Positions 12,593-23,519 are shown, counted from the first letter of the stretch. The stretch is 64,000 nucleotides of DNA from Candidatus Eiseniibacteriota bacterium (GCA_963717935.1 CAVQXP010000002.1:384001-448000), one strand, 5' to 3'. Numbers and translations: made by a program. Notes: generated by a model from the sequence alone, not told the origin.

Positions 12593-12974
12593 TCAGCCTC
12601 CCACCGGGCGGCGACGCGCGGGGCCGTGACGGCGACCCAGGCCGCCGAAGGCGAACAACGCCAGGCCGAGCCCCGCGAGCGCGACGTCGATGCTCTTGCG
12701 CAGCCCGTCGCCGGGATTCAGCTCGAGCAGGATGTTCCGCAGGCCGAAGAGCCCGTGGTACAGCGCCGCGCCGAGCATGACGACGTAGGTGACGGCGAAG
12801 AACACGCTCCTCATCCGCGCCGCGACGTTCGCCCAGGCCTCCGCCTCGCCGCCGGCGGGGTTGAAGAGGTCGGAACGTCCCGTTGAGGTGCATGATGGTC
12901 ATGTGCAGGCCCAGGAAGACCAGGATGACCACGCCTGCGAAGAGGTGCCAGGTCCAGAGCGTGCGGTCTCGCAT
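12593..12974 (-). CDS. sdhD: Succinate dehydrogenase membrane anchor (SdhD-like), frameshifted
   Basis: WTWHLFAGVVILVFLGLHM and ALYHGLFGLRNILLE with conserved His residues; operon context. Confidence 0.7.
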
Positions 12975-12990
12975 GGTCGGCTCCTAGCGT

Positions 12991-13419
12991 TCACAGGAAG
13001 AAGTCGAGGCCACCCCAGACCGCGAGCGCGCCCGCGATCAGCATCGCCGCGATCGCGAGCGGCCGCTGCCGGCCGACCGAGGTCGCGTAGGGGTAGATGG
13101 GTTCGATGGGCCTGCCGACCGCAAAGCCGAGCTCGATCAGCACGAGCCGGACGCCGTTGACGGCGTGGAAGGCGAAGGCGGCGAAGACCAGGTACTCACC
13201 GGCCTTGAAGACCGGGCCCTCGACGGCGTCCATCGCCCGCTCCCAGCTCCCGGGGCCGAGGACCCGGGTCGAGGTGACGAAGATGTGCATCAGGAAGTAG
13301 GTCAGCAGGCCGAGCCCGGTGAGGCGGTGGAGCGTGTACAGGTAGCGCTCGAGGCCCCAGCGGCCGCCGCCGACCCACCCCCGGATGCCCAGCCGATTCG
13401 GATGTGCGCGGGATTCCAT
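12991..13419 (-). CDS. sdhC: Succinate dehydrogenase cytochrome b subunit
   Basis: YTLHRLTG..YFLMHI and FHAVNGVRLVLIE. Confidence 0.8.
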   Translation of the reverse strand: MESRAHPNRLGIRGWVGGGRWGLERYLYTLHRLTGLGLLTYFLMHIFVTSTRVLGPGSWERAMDAVEGPVFKAGEYLVFAAFAFHAVNGVRLVLIELGFAVGRPIEPIYPYATSVGRQRPLAIAAMLIAGALAVWGGLDFFL

Positions 13420-13433
13420 GATCTCCTCCGGGG

Positions 13434-15150
13434 CTAGTACTTGCGCTCGACCGGCTGCCACATGTCGACGGTCACGGACTTGTACTCGAGCCGCGGTCCG
13501 GTCCCGGTGTGGAAGGCCAGCGTGTGCTTGAGCCAGTTCACGTCGTCGCGCACGGCGAAGTCGCGCCGGGCGTGGGCGCCGCGTGATTCCTGCCGCTTCA
13601 AAGCCCCGGCCACCGTCACCTCGGCCAGGTCCACGAGGTTCTCCAGCTCGAGCGCGTGGATGAGGTTCGAGTTGTAGACCCGCGACTGGTCCGCCACGGG
13701 CGCCTGCTCGGAGCGGGCGCGGATCTCCTGGATCTGCTTCAGCGCCTTCGCCAGGTCGTCGCCGTTGCGGAACACGCCGACGCACGAGTCCATCGTCGCG
13801 CGCAGCTGCCGCCGCAGCTCGTACATGTTCTCGCTGCCGCGCCGCGCCAGCACCGACAGGACGTGTTCCTCGGCGCCGCGCGCCTTCTCCGCCGGCAGCG
13901 GCGCGGCCTGGCCCAGCCCGGGCAGTGCCGCCGCGATCTCCCGGCCGGTGATGCCGCCCCACACCAGGCACTCCCCGGTCGAGTTCGAGCCCAGCCGGTT
14001 GGCGCCGTGCAGCGACACGCAGGCCGCCTCGCCCGCCGCCCAGATGCCGGCGACGCGCGTGAGCCCGTTGATGTCGGTCTCGATGCCGCCCATCGAGTAG
14101 TGGGCCACCGGGCGGATCGGGATCGGCTTGATGATCGGGTCGAGGCCGAGGAACTTGATGGTCACCTCGCGGATCAGCGGCAGCCGCGTGTTGATGCGGT
14201 CCGCGCCGAGGTGGGTGAGGTCGAGCTCGAGGTAGTCCTGGCCGTCGGGGGTCTTGAAGCCGCGCCCGGCGAGGATCTCCTCGGTCTCGGCGCGCGAGAC
14301 CATGTCGCGCGGGGCGAGCTCGATCAGCTTGGGCGCGTACTTCTCCATGAAGCGCTCGCCCTTGTTGTTGCGCAGGTAGCCGCCCTCGCCGCGGCAGGCC
14401 TCGGTCATCAGGATGCCGTTGGGCACCAGGCCCGGTGGGGTGGAACTGCAGGAACTCCATGTCCTCGAGCGGCAGGCCGGCCCGGTAGGCCATGGCCATG
14501 CCGTCGCCGGTGACGGTCTGCGAGTAGGTCGTGAAGCCGTAGAGCGTGCCGCCGCCGCCCGAGGCGATGAGCAGCGCCTTGCCGCGGATCGCCACGGTCT
14601 CGCCGGTGCCGGTGTCCAGGCCGACCAGGCCCGCGAAGCGGCCGTCGTGGACCAGGATGTCGGTGACGAAGAACTCGTCGTAGCGCGTGAAGTTGCGGTA
14701 GCGCTGGAGCTGGTCGTAGAGCGTCTGCATCTCGAAGAAGCCGGTCTTGTCGGCCGCCAGGGTCGCCCGCGGGTAGCTGTGCCCGCCGAACGGGCGCTGG
14801 GCGATGTGGCCCTCGGCGTCGCGCGTCCAGGGGATGCCCCAGTGGTCGAGCTGGCGGATCTCCTTCGGGATGGTGTCGACGAAGGTCCGCACCACGTCCT
14901 GGTCGGCCAGGAAGTCGGAGCCCTTCACCGTGTCCCAGGCGTGCAGCTCGATCGAGTCGCCCAGGTCGGTGCGCAGCACGGCGGCGGTGCCGCCCTCGGC
15001 GCAGACCGAGTGGGCGCGCATGAGCTGCACCTTGGAGACGATGCCGATGTCGACCTGGCCCTCGAGACGTCTGGAGATCTCCACGGCGGCGCGCAGGCCG
15101 GCCAGCCCGGCTCCCAGGATGACCACATCGTGCTTCAGTTCACGATCCAT
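13434..15150 (-). CDS. sdhA: Succinate dehydrogenase/fumarate reductase flavoprotein (frameshift near 14435)
   Basis: GAGLAGLRAA, RAHSVCAEGG, QFHPTG, TEACRGEGG, HYSMGG, HGANRLGSNS, ESRGAH. Confidence 0.92.
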
Positions 15151-15299
15151 GAAGGAACCTCGTTCGCGACTACGGTGGGCAGGGATTCCCGGTGGGTGTG
15201 GCGCCGCAGTCTGCCACAAAACCCCGCGCATCATACAACCCGACTCGCATCGGACGAAATCGGAGTCCGCGCCCGCGGAGCGCGCGGACGTCCGGCGGG

Positions 15300-16219
15300 T
15301 CAACCGGCTGGCGGTCTGGCGCTTCCGCCAGCGGACCGGGGAGCGGCCGCTCGCGCGCCACCGTGGCCGCCTCGAGCGGCCCGAGCACGCCGTCCTCGAC
15401 CACCACGCCGCGCAGCAGCTCCAGCGGCACCATCTCGGCGTGCACGTTGCGCGGCCGCACGCCCGGCGGGCGGCGCGTCCCATACCTCCGCGGTCGGCCG
15501 CTCCTCGATCCGCAGCGCCGCGGTCGTCACCGGCAGGAACTTGCGGCGCGGCGCGAGCACGTAGACCGGCACCGAGTGCTCGCGTGCCGCGAGCGCCGCG
15601 GCGTAGCCGCCCACCGCCACGATGGCGCCGCGGTCGGTGACCGCATCGGCCCCGAGCCAGAGCGCCGCGGTCTGCGAGAGCAGCATCGGGAGCGCCGCGT
15701 CCACCACGAGCCAGGTCGGCACGCCGGCCAGGCCCAGCGCGGCCGCCAGCGCGCGGCCGTGCAGGAGCGGCCGCCCTTCGCCCACCAGCGCGCGCGGGCC
15801 GCGGCCACGGTCGTGAAGCTCGAGCAGGGCCGCGCGCACGGTCGTGCCGCAGGAGAGCGTGGAGACCCACGCGCCGCGCTCGGTCAGGAGCGCGCTCGCG
15901 GTGCGCGCCACCGCCGCCCGCGCGCCCTCGAGGTCGGCGCGCTCCGCGGCGCACGACCGTGCGATCTGGACCCGCAGCTCGGGCGGCGGCTCACCGCGAT
16001 GCAGGCCCGCGTCGGCCACGTCGAGCGCGCGCGCGGCGAGCTGGTGGACCAGCCCGTTGACCGCGTAGGCGGCCTGTTCGCCGCGCAGCCGGACGAGCAG
16101 GGCGGCACGCAGCGCCGCCGCATCGACCGACGCGTCGACGGCCGCCCAGCGCTCGAGGCGAGCCAGGAAGCCAAGGGCCTCCCGCTCGCGCCCGGCTCAT
16201 GCACCGGCGCGTCCGCCAT
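15300..16219 (-). CDS. IF-2B / ribose-1,5-bisphosphate isomerase family protein (frameshifted, divergent)
   Basis: TLSCGTTV, EGRPLLHGRALA, LVVDAA, LGADAV, AAREHSVPVYV..KF, RNVHAEMVPLELLRGVVVEDG. Confidence 0.7.
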
Positions 16220-16399
16220 GGACTCTTCGGAACGCAACCGGGCGAGCCGGGATCCGCATGCGGTGTGCCTCCGAGGATGAAGGACCAGAACGCAGGGACC
16301 ATATCATGGCCTTCATCGGCGTCCCACCGCGTCCAGTCCCGCGGTCCGGCCCGCTCCGGCGCCGGGCGGGCCGGAGTTGACGCCGGTCCCGCCCGCGCA

Positions 16400-17241
16400 T
16401 CAGGCCGTGGAGGGCTCCAGCCGATCCCGTCCGGCAGGAACCGGGAGGGGCGCGCGCAGCGACCACTCCCGGTCCAGCCACTCCAGGAACCAGATCACGT
16501 CGCCGGGCGTCGGCAGGACGTACTCGGCGCGGGAGACGACGCGGTCCACCGCCACGGCGAGGCCGCCGCGCCGCCGGACCGCCGCGTGCACCGGCTCGTC
16601 GCGCGTGTCGTCGCCGAAGTAGAAGAGTCAGCGTCTCCGGCAGAGCCGGCTCCAGCCAGCGCTCGAGTGCCGCGACCTTGTCCCGAGCCGTCGGCGGGCA
16701 TCACCTCGAATCCGGTCCGGCCGTGGACCAGGGTCACCTGGGACTGGCAGGAGCGCACGCGGCGTCTCACGCCGGCCCCGAAGGCCGGATGCAGGCTGGG
16801 AGCGACCCCCGCGAAGTGCAGCACGCAGGAACCGACCCGGGGCTCGAGGTGCGCGCCCGGGAAACGCTGGCACCATCCTTCGAGCTCACGCAGCAGCGGC
16901 ATCGGCAGGGAGAAGGTGGCTCCGGCGTGGGTTTCGAGCCGGCCCCGCTCGTCCCGGGTCTCGAGTCCCGAGGATCCGGCATAGAAGACATGCTCGATGC
17001 CGATCCTGCGCCACAGGTCGTCGAGCGTGCGGCTCGAGAGGATCGCGAGCCGTGCCCCGGCCTGCCGCGACAGCCGCTCGAGCACCTCGCGGGCGCGCAC
17101 CGGCAGCGTGGCCTCCCGCGGATCGACCGAGATCGGGATGAGGGTCCCGTCGAAATCGAGGCCCACGTGCAACGAGTCGGCGCGGCGCAATCGCTCGCTC
17201 AGCGAACCGACCGACAGCCAGAGGGGCTTCAGGCTGGCCAT
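16400..17241 (-). CDS. Trehalose-6-phosphate phosphatase-like HAD phosphatase (frameshifted near 3' end)
   Basis: LDFDGTLIPI..DP, ILSSR, G...FEV, DK..A and YFGDDTRDE across frames. Confidence 0.75.
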
Positions 17242-17505
17242 GACGGCATCCTCGCATGGGTGGCCGCGCAGACGCGCCCCGGTGGCAACCGTCACCGGCT
17301 CCGCCCGCCGCCGGCAGCGCCGGCGAGCAACGGTCCGCATGCCACGCAGAGCAAACGTACTCCTCCCGGACCGGGCGAAGTCAATCCCGAAACGCGGGCC
17401 GGAGCCCGGCCGCTGTCCCGTTCAGGAGACGGGGGCGCTCGCGGGGACGCGTCCATGGCCCCCGGCACGGCCCCGGCAGGGGACCGCCCGGCGGTCGGGC
17501 GGCGG

Positions 17506-17534
17506 TTGGCAGCCCCCGGAGGCTGTGCTAGCTT
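17506..17534 (+). promoter_or_regulatory. Putative sigma70 promoter for the radical SAM-rng genes
   Basis: TTGGCA-17 bp-TAGCTT with extended -10 TGn. Confidence 0.4.
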
Positions 17535-17701
17535 GGCCTTGCCCGGGCCGAGCCCTGCGCCCCGCGGCGCAGGGCTCGGCCGCGTGACAGGGCCCGCTCT
17601 GCGGGCGCCCCCGCCTCGCGCTCGCGCCTGCCGGGCACCGGTCCCCGGGCGGTGCCGTCTGCGGCCGGCGCACCCTTCCGTATCGGAGAAGTCCAGAGCC
17701 C

Positions 17702-20401
17702 ATGACGACCCCCGTCGCGGACCGCATCCAGCATGAGCTGTTGCCGCGCATCTCCAAGCCCAATCGTTACTTGGGCAGTGCGTCTCATGCTCCGCGAAAG
17801 CCCCTGGACCCGGCCGCGGTGCGCGTGCTCCTGGCGTTCCCGGACGCCTACGAGATCGGGATGTCGAACCTCGGCATCCGTATCATCCATCATGTGCTGA
17901 ACCAGCGCCCCGACGCGGCCGCCGAGCTCACGTTCGCCCCCTGGCCGGACGCCGAGGCCGAGATGCGGCGGCTGGCGATCCCGCTCTTCTCGCTCGATTC
18001 CCACAGTCCCGCCCGGTCGTTCGACGTCCTGGGCTTCTCCCTCCAGTACGAGCTGCAGTACACGAACGTGCTCATGATGCTCGACCTGGCGGGGCTGCCG
18101 CTGCGCTCGCTCGATCGCGACGCGCGCCACCCGCTCGTCATCGCGGGCGGGGCGCAGGCCTTCAGCCCGGAGCCGATGGCCGAGTTCGTGGACGCCTTCG
18201 TCATCGGGGACGGGGAGGACGTCATCCACGCGATCGTGGACCAGGTGAAGCAGGCGAAGCGGGAGCGGCTCGGCCGGCCGGCGCTGCTGCGGCGTCTCGC
18301 CCGCGTGCGCGGCGTCTACGTGCCCAGGGGCTACGTCGCCGACGTGACGCCCGAGGGCTGGCTCGTGCCCCGGGCGCGGCCCGGCTACCCGGCGCGCGTG
18401 GAGTCGGTGTGGACGCCCCGGCTGCGCGGCGACTCGTACCCGGCCGCGCCGCTCCTGCCGCTCGGCGAGATCACGCATGACCGGTTCTCGGTCGAGATCA
18501 TGCGTGGCTGCACCCGCGGCTGCCGCTTCTGTCAGGCGGGCATGATCGAACCGCCCGGTGCGCGAGAAGCCGGCCCAGCAGATCGTGGAGGAGGTGCTGC
18601 GCGGATTGCAGGCGACGGGGCTCGAGGAGGTCTCGCTGGTCTCGCTCTCCTCCACCGACCACACGCAGATCACGGAACTGGTGAACGCGCTGGCCGGCGA
18701 ACTGTGCCCGACGCGGGTGCAGATCGCCCTGCCCTCGACCCGGCCCGACAACCTGCCGCCCGAGCTGGCGCGACGGCTGGCCGGGCAGAAGAAGAGCTCC
18801 ATCACCCTCGCGCCCGAGGCCGGCAGCCAGCGCCTGCGCGACGTGATCAACAAGAACCACTCCGAGGAGGAGCTGCTGGCTTCGGTCGCCACGGCGGCGC
18901 GCGAGGGCTACAACGGCGTGAAGCTCTACTTCATGTGCGGGCTGCCCGGCGAGACCGACGAGGACCTCCACGCGATCGTCGCTCTGTCGGTCAAGGCCTG
19001 GCAGCGCGCCCGGGCCGAGGGGCGGAAGAACTTCCACGTCACCGTGAGCGTCTCGCCGCACGTGCCCAAGCCGCATACGCCCTTCGCCTGGGCCGGGCAG
19101 CTCTCGACGGCCGAGCTCGTGCGCCGGCTGGGCGTGCTGCGCGCCGCGGCGCGTGGCACGCCCGTCACGCTCAAGTACCGCGACGCGGAGACCTCGCTGC
19201 TCGAGGGTGTGTTCACCCGCGGGGACCGCCGCATGGGCCGGATGGTGGAGGAGGCCTGGCGGCGGGGCTGCCGCTTCGACGCCTGGAGCGAGCACCTGCG
19301 CTTCGGTACCTGGCTCGAGGTGTTCCGCGACCACGGCCTGGACCCCGAGCACGCCCTCGAGGAGCGCTCTCCAGGGTTCGAGCAGCCCTGGGAGGTGGTG
19401 CAGCCGCCCGTGACGAAGCGCTTCCTGGTGCGCGAGAAGCAGCGCGCCGAGCGTGCCGCCGTCACCGGCGACTGCCGGCTCGAGGACCGCTGCTTCTCCT
19501 GCGGCGTGACCGACTGCGCGCAGCGCCCGTGGGTCAGACAGCCGCACCCGCCGCTCGACCTGGAGCAGGCGCGGGCCGCGGTCGCCCCGCCCGCCTACGG
19601 CCGCAGCGCCCGTCGGCGCCCGGCCGGCTCGAGCGCGCCGGTGTCGCGCGCCGCCGGAGCGCCGTCTCCAGCGTCGCCTCGAGCACGCGATTCCGCATCC
19701 TCTTCGAGAAGGGGATCGAGCTGCGCTTCACCTCGCATCTCGATCTCATGCGCACATGGGAGCGGGCCCTGCGTCGCTCGGGGCTCCCGCTCGCTTTCAG
19801 CCAGGGGCATCACCCGCACATCAAGATGTCGTTCGGGCCGCCGCTGCCCCTGGGGTACCGTTCCCGGGCCGAGGTCTTCGACCTGGAGTTCGCCCGTCCG
19901 CCCGCCGTGGATCTGGCCGAGAGGCTCAACGCGGTGCTGCCGGGCTCGCTCCGGGTGCTGGCCTTCCGTCCCATCCTCTTCAAGACGCCTTCGCTCATGA
20001 GTCAGCTCGAAGGCGCGTCGTACCGGGTCCGCTTCCCGGGCGGGTTCCTCGCGGAGGCCGGCGTAGCGCCGGAGCACCTCCAGGCGGAGCTCGAGGCGCG
20101 CGTCGGCCGGCTGCTTGCGCAGGAGCACCTCATCGTGCGCCGGCAGAGCGAGGGGCAGATCCGCGAATTCGACGCCCGTTCTTCCCTCGTCGCCCTCGAG
20201 CCCTCGAACGCCGAGACGCCGGCGGTACTGGACGTGCACGCGCTCTTCATCCCGCGCGGGCAGGTCCGCCCCGACGATCTCGTCGCCCTGCTCTTTCCCG
20301 GCGCGGATGTCCGCACCGTGGATGTCGAGCGCACGGTCCTGTGGGCGGCCGCGAGCGGCCGGCGGCTCGACGCGCTCGAGCTGCTCGGGGCACGCACGTG
20401 A
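17702..20401 (+). CDS. TIGR03960-type B12-binding radical SAM protein fused to (or abutting) a TIGR03936-type radical SAM-linked domain; frameshifts near 18545 and 19640
   Basis: FPDAYEIGMSNLG, RGCTRGCRFCQAG (CxxxCxxC), TLAPEAGSQRLRDVINK, PKPHTPF; then RFTSHLDLMR..RRSGLP..SQG.HP...SFG. Confidence 0.85.
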   Translation: MTTPVADRIQHELLPRISKPNRYLGSASHAPRKPLDPAAVRVLLAFPDAYEIGMSNLGIRIIHHVLNQRPDAAAELTFAPWPDAEAEMRRLAIPLFSLDSHSPARSFDVLGFSLQYELQYTNVLMMLDLAGLPLRSLDRDARHPLVIAGGAQAFSPEPMAEFVDAFVIGDGEDVIHAIVDQVKQAKRERLGRPALLRRLARVRGVYVPRGYVADVTPEGWLVPRARPGYPARVESVWTPRLRGDSYPAAPLLPLGEITHDRFSVEIMRGCTRGCRFCQAGMIEPPGAREAGPADRGGGAARIAGDGARGGLAGLALLHRPHADHGTGERAGRRTVPDAGADRPALDPARQPAARAGATAGRAEEELHHPRARGRQPAPARRDQQEPLRGGAAGFGRHGGARGLQRREALLHVRAARRDRRGPPRDRRSVGQGLAARPGRGAEELPRHRERLAARAQAAYALRLGRAALDGRARAPAGRAARRGAWHARHAQVPRRGDLAARGCVHPRGPPHGPDGGGGLAAGLPLRRLERAPALRYLARGVPRPRPGPRARPRGALSRVRAALGGGAAARDEALPGAREAARRACRRHRRLPARGPLLLLRRDRLRAAPVGQTAAPAARPGAGAGRGRPARLRPQRPSAPGRLERAGVARRRSAVSSVASSTRFRILFEKGIELRFTSHLDLMRTWERALRRSGLPLAFSQGHHPHIKMSFGPPLPLGYRSRAEVFDLEFARPPAVDLAERLNAVLPGSLRVLAFRPILFKTPSLMSQLEGASYRVRFPGGFLAEAGVAPEHLQAELEARVGRLLAQEHLIVRRQSEGQIREFDARSSLVALEPSNAETPAVLDVHALFIPRGQVRPDDLVALLFPGADVRTVDVERTVLWAAASGRRLDALELLGART

Positions 20402-20468
20402 TGCGGGCGGAGCACGGATCTGAGAACGGAGGTCGGCCGGTCCGTCCGTCCGCCTCGCGAAGGACCCC

Positions 20469-22022
20469 GTGAGACAGCAGATCATCATCAACGCCGATCC
20501 GTACGAGACCCGCATCGCCATCCTCGAGGAGGGCGAGCTGGCCGAACTGAGGGTCGAGCGCTCCGAGCAGCGACGCAGCGTGGGCGACATCTACAAGGGC
20601 CGGGTCAACGCCGTGCTGCCGGGCATGCAGTCCGCGTTCGTGGACCTGGGGCTCGCCAAGACCGGCTTCCTCCATGCCTCGGACCTGGCCGAGAACCTCG
20701 CTGCGCTCGAAGACCTCTCCGACGTCGAGGAGAGCGGGGAGCGCGGCGGCCACCGCCGCCGGGCCGCGGCCCCCAAGATCGAGGAGCACCTCAAGAAGGG
20801 CCAGGAGGTGCTGGTGCAGATCACCAAGGAATCGATGGGCACCAAGGGCCCGCGCATCACCCAGCAGGTGAGCCTGCCCGGGCGCTTCTGCGTGCTCATG
20901 CCGGGCGTGGATCACGTCGGCGTGTCGCGCCGTATCGAGGACCGGGCCGAGCGCCAGCGCATCAAGGCCATCATCACGGACCTCAGGCCCAAGGGTGTCG
21001 GCCTGATCGCGCGCACCGCCGGCGAGGGCAAGGGCGATCCGGAGTTCGCCGCCGACGTCAAGCACCTGCACAAGCTCTGGCAGAAGGTGGACAAGAAGGC
21101 CGGCACCACGCGTGCGCCCGCGCTCGTGCACCGTGAGCTGGAGATGACCGCGGGCCTCATCCGCGACCTGTTCACCGACGAGGTGGACGAGGTCATCATC
21201 GACGACAAGGAGTCCTTCGCCGAGACCCAGGCCTACCTGAAGGCGGTCTCGCCCGAGCTGCGCGAGCGCGTGAAGCTCTACAAGGGCACGGAGCCCATCT
21301 TCGACCACTACGGCATCGAAACGCAGATCGAGAAGACCTTCGAGCGCAAGGTGTGGCTCAAGAAGGGTGGCTACATCTGCGTGGACCACGCCGAGGCGCT
21401 GGTCGCCATCGACGTGAACACCGGGCGCTTCACCGGCAAGAAGAACCAGGAAGAGACCATCTTCCGCACCAACCTCGAGGCGGCGCGGGAGATCCCCCGG
21501 CAGCTGCGCCTGCGCGACATCGGCGGCATCATCGTGATCGACTTCATCGACATGGAGATCGAGGCGAACAAGCGCGCCGTGCTGGACGAGCTACGCACCG
21601 AGCTCCGCGCGGACCGCGCCCGCACCCGGGCGTTCGCGGTCTCGGACCTGGGGCTCGTCGAGATGACCCGCCAGCGCGAGCGCTCGAGCCTGCTCCACTA
21701 CTACACCGAGGACTGCCCGCACTGCGGCGGCCTCGGCAAGGTGGCCTCGCCCGAGACCATGCTCGTCAAGCTCGAGCGTGCCGTGCGGCGGGTGGCCGCC
21801 ATGGGCGGCGAGAAGCGCATCACGGTCAAGGTGGCGCCCGAGATCGCACTGTTCTTCGTCGAACAGGAGGCGCGGCGCTTCGCCGAGCTGGAGAAGCGCT
21901 TCAGGATCCAGGTGGATCTGAAGGACGATCCGCAGTTGAAGCGCGGCGAGATGAAGGTCTTCGGCGCCGGCGGCAAGCGCGACCTGACCAAGCAGGTGGT
22001 CGGGAGCGTGCCCGGCACGTAG
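20469..22022 (+). CDS. rng: Ribonuclease G/E family endoribonuclease
   Basis: IYKGRV..VLPGMQSAFVD, VQITKE..GTKGPR, IDVNTG, QLRLRDIGGIIVIDFIDM, CPHCGG. Confidence 0.93.
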   Translation: MRQQIIINADPYETRIAILEEGELAELRVERSEQRRSVGDIYKGRVNAVLPGMQSAFVDLGLAKTGFLHASDLAENLAALEDLSDVEESGERGGHRRRAAAPKIEEHLKKGQEVLVQITKESMGTKGPRITQQVSLPGRFCVLMPGVDHVGVSRRIEDRAERQRIKAIITDLRPKGVGLIARTAGEGKGDPEFAADVKHLHKLWQKVDKKAGTTRAPALVHRELEMTAGLIRDLFTDEVDEVIIDDKESFAETQAYLKAVSPELRERVKLYKGTEPIFDHYGIETQIEKTFERKVWLKKGGYICVDHAEALVAIDVNTGRFTGKKNQEETIFRTNLEAAREIPRQLRLRDIGGIIVIDFIDMEIEANKRAVLDELRTELRADRARTRAFAVSDLGLVEMTRQRERSSLLHYYTEDCPHCGGLGKVASPETMLVKLERAVRRVAAMGGEKRITVKVAPEIALFFVEQEARRFAELEKRFRIQVDLKDDPQLKRGEMKVFGAGGKRDLTKQVVGSVPGT

Positions 22023-22084
22023 ACCGGGCGGCAGACCACGGTCATCTCGCACCCTCGCGTTCCGGGTCGAGAATCGTCCGGGTC

Positions 22085-22116
22085 AGGGGCCGGGCGGAGG
22101 GCTCCGCCCGGCCCCT
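22085..22116. terminator. Bidirectional hairpin between convergent genes
   Basis: AGGGGCCGGGCGGAG-GG-CTCCGCCCGGCCCCT. Confidence 0.6.
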
Positions 22117-22123
22117 CGCGTCC

Positions 22124-22714
22124 CTACTCCACCAGCTTGAGGAAGCTCAGGGGCCGCTGGAGGCGCTCGAAGCCGGCACGCGAGGGCGGGTCCACCTCGG
22201 CGATCACCCGTTCGAGCGCGCGCATCGTGTTGAGATCCTGCACCACGGTGGGGGAGGGTGGCGCGTCGGGCACGAGCAGCACGAGCCGCAGCCGCGCGTG
22301 GACCAGGTTCCAGGCCTCCGCCGCCTCGCGGCTCGGTGGGTAGCCCCGGAGCAGCACGATGACGTCGCATTCCTGAGGCAGCAGGTCGAGCGCGGTGAGC
22401 GCCTCGTAGCTCTCGGGCCAGGCGTCCAGCGCGAGGACCACGTGCGCGAGCCCGGCGGTCTGGCCCAGGTCGACGATCTCGTCCGGCGCGGGGATGCGCG
22501 CGAACTGCACGGTCACGCCGATGCGCAGGTCGCTGCGGTCCAGGATGAGCGGCAGAAGGGCAGGCCGGGCGGTCGGCCCTTCGGACGGCCGGTCGGAGGA
22601 GGCCCGCGGTGGGGTGACGGGTCGGGGCGGCTGGGCGGTGGTGGCCGGGCCGTTGGCCATGCAGCCGACGACCATGCCGGCCGCGATCAGGGCGGTGACG
22701 GTCCAGGATCTCAT
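22124..22714 (-). CDS. Hypothetical lipoprotein
   Basis: Lipobox-like VVGC after a hydrophobic signal, Pro-rich linker, alpha/beta domain; SD GGAG upstream. Confidence 0.65.
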   Translation of the reverse strand: MRSWTVTALIAAGMVVGCMANGPATTAQPPRPVTPPRASSDRPSEGPTARPALLPLILDRSDLRIGVTVQFARIPAPDEIVDLGQTAGLAHVVLALDAWPESYEALTALDLLPQECDVIVLLRGYPPSREAAEAWNLVHARLRLVLLVPDAPPSPTVVQDLNTMRALERVIAEVDPPSRAGFERLQRPLSFLKLVE

Positions 22715-22924
22715 GGGATCTCCGCGGTTGGGTGCTCGACGGGTGACGACACCGGGCCAGTATGCCACGGGCGGGATCCCACGGGTGGCGTGCTTGACCC
22801 GGTCGGGGGGGGCATGGTAGAAAGTATCGCTCCGCGCGCCCTGGTGGGCGCTTCTCGAGTGTCCGCGGGCCCGTGGCGGGGCTTCGCCTCTCGCATGCCT
22901 GCGTCTTCAGGAGACAGTCCAACG

Positions 22925-23236
22925 ATGTACGCGATCGTGAACATCAACGGTGTCCAGACCCGCGTCGAGCCCGAGGCCGTGATCCAGGTGGCACGCCTGA
23001 CGGGCGAGCCGGGCGCCAGGCTCACCTTCGGTCAGGTGCTGCTCGTGGCCGACGGCGACTCGATCGCGGTCGGACAGCCCTACGTGGAGGGCGCGAGCCT
23101 GACGGCCGAGGTCGTCGAGCATTTCCGCGGCCCCAAGATCCACATCTTCAGGTACAAGCGCCGGCAGGACTACCGGAAGCGGCGCGGTTACCGCGACGAC
23201 CTCACGCGTCTGCGCGTGACCGGCATCCAGCGCTAG
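22925..23236 (+). CDS. rplU: 50S ribosomal protein L21
   Basis: MYAIVNINGVQTRV...GQPYVEGA...RGPKI..FRYKRR..YRKRRGYR. Confidence 0.95.
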   Translation: MYAIVNINGVQTRVEPEAVIQVARLTGEPGARLTFGQVLLVADGDSIAVGQPYVEGASLTAEVVEHFRGPKIHIFRYKRRQDYRKRRGYRDDLTRLRVTGIQR

Positions 23237-23245
23237 GGAGACGTC

Positions 23246-23503
23246 ATGGCACACAAGAAAGGCCAGTCCTCGTCCCGGAACAACCGCGAGTCGAACGCGC
23301 AGCGCCTCGGCGTGAAGCGCTTCGGCGGCGAGCGCGTGCGGTCCGGGGGCATCATCGTGCGGCAGCGCGGCACCAAGTTCTTCCCTGGCCTGAACGTGGG
23401 CATCGGCAAGGACCACACCCTGTTCGCCATGATCGACGGCCACGTCAAGTTCGTCCGTCGCAAGGTCCACGTCCTGCCGCCGGCGGCCGCCGAGACCGCC
23501 TAG
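23246..23503 (+). CDS. rpmA: 50S ribosomal protein L27
   Basis: [40 protein letters not shown]. Confidence 0.97.
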   Translation: MAHKKGQSSSRNNRESNAQRLGVKRFGGERVRSGGIIVRQRGTKFFPGLNVGIGKDHTLFAMIDGHVKFVRRKVHVLPPAAAETA

Positions 23504-23519
23504 CCGCAGCCGTTCCTCA

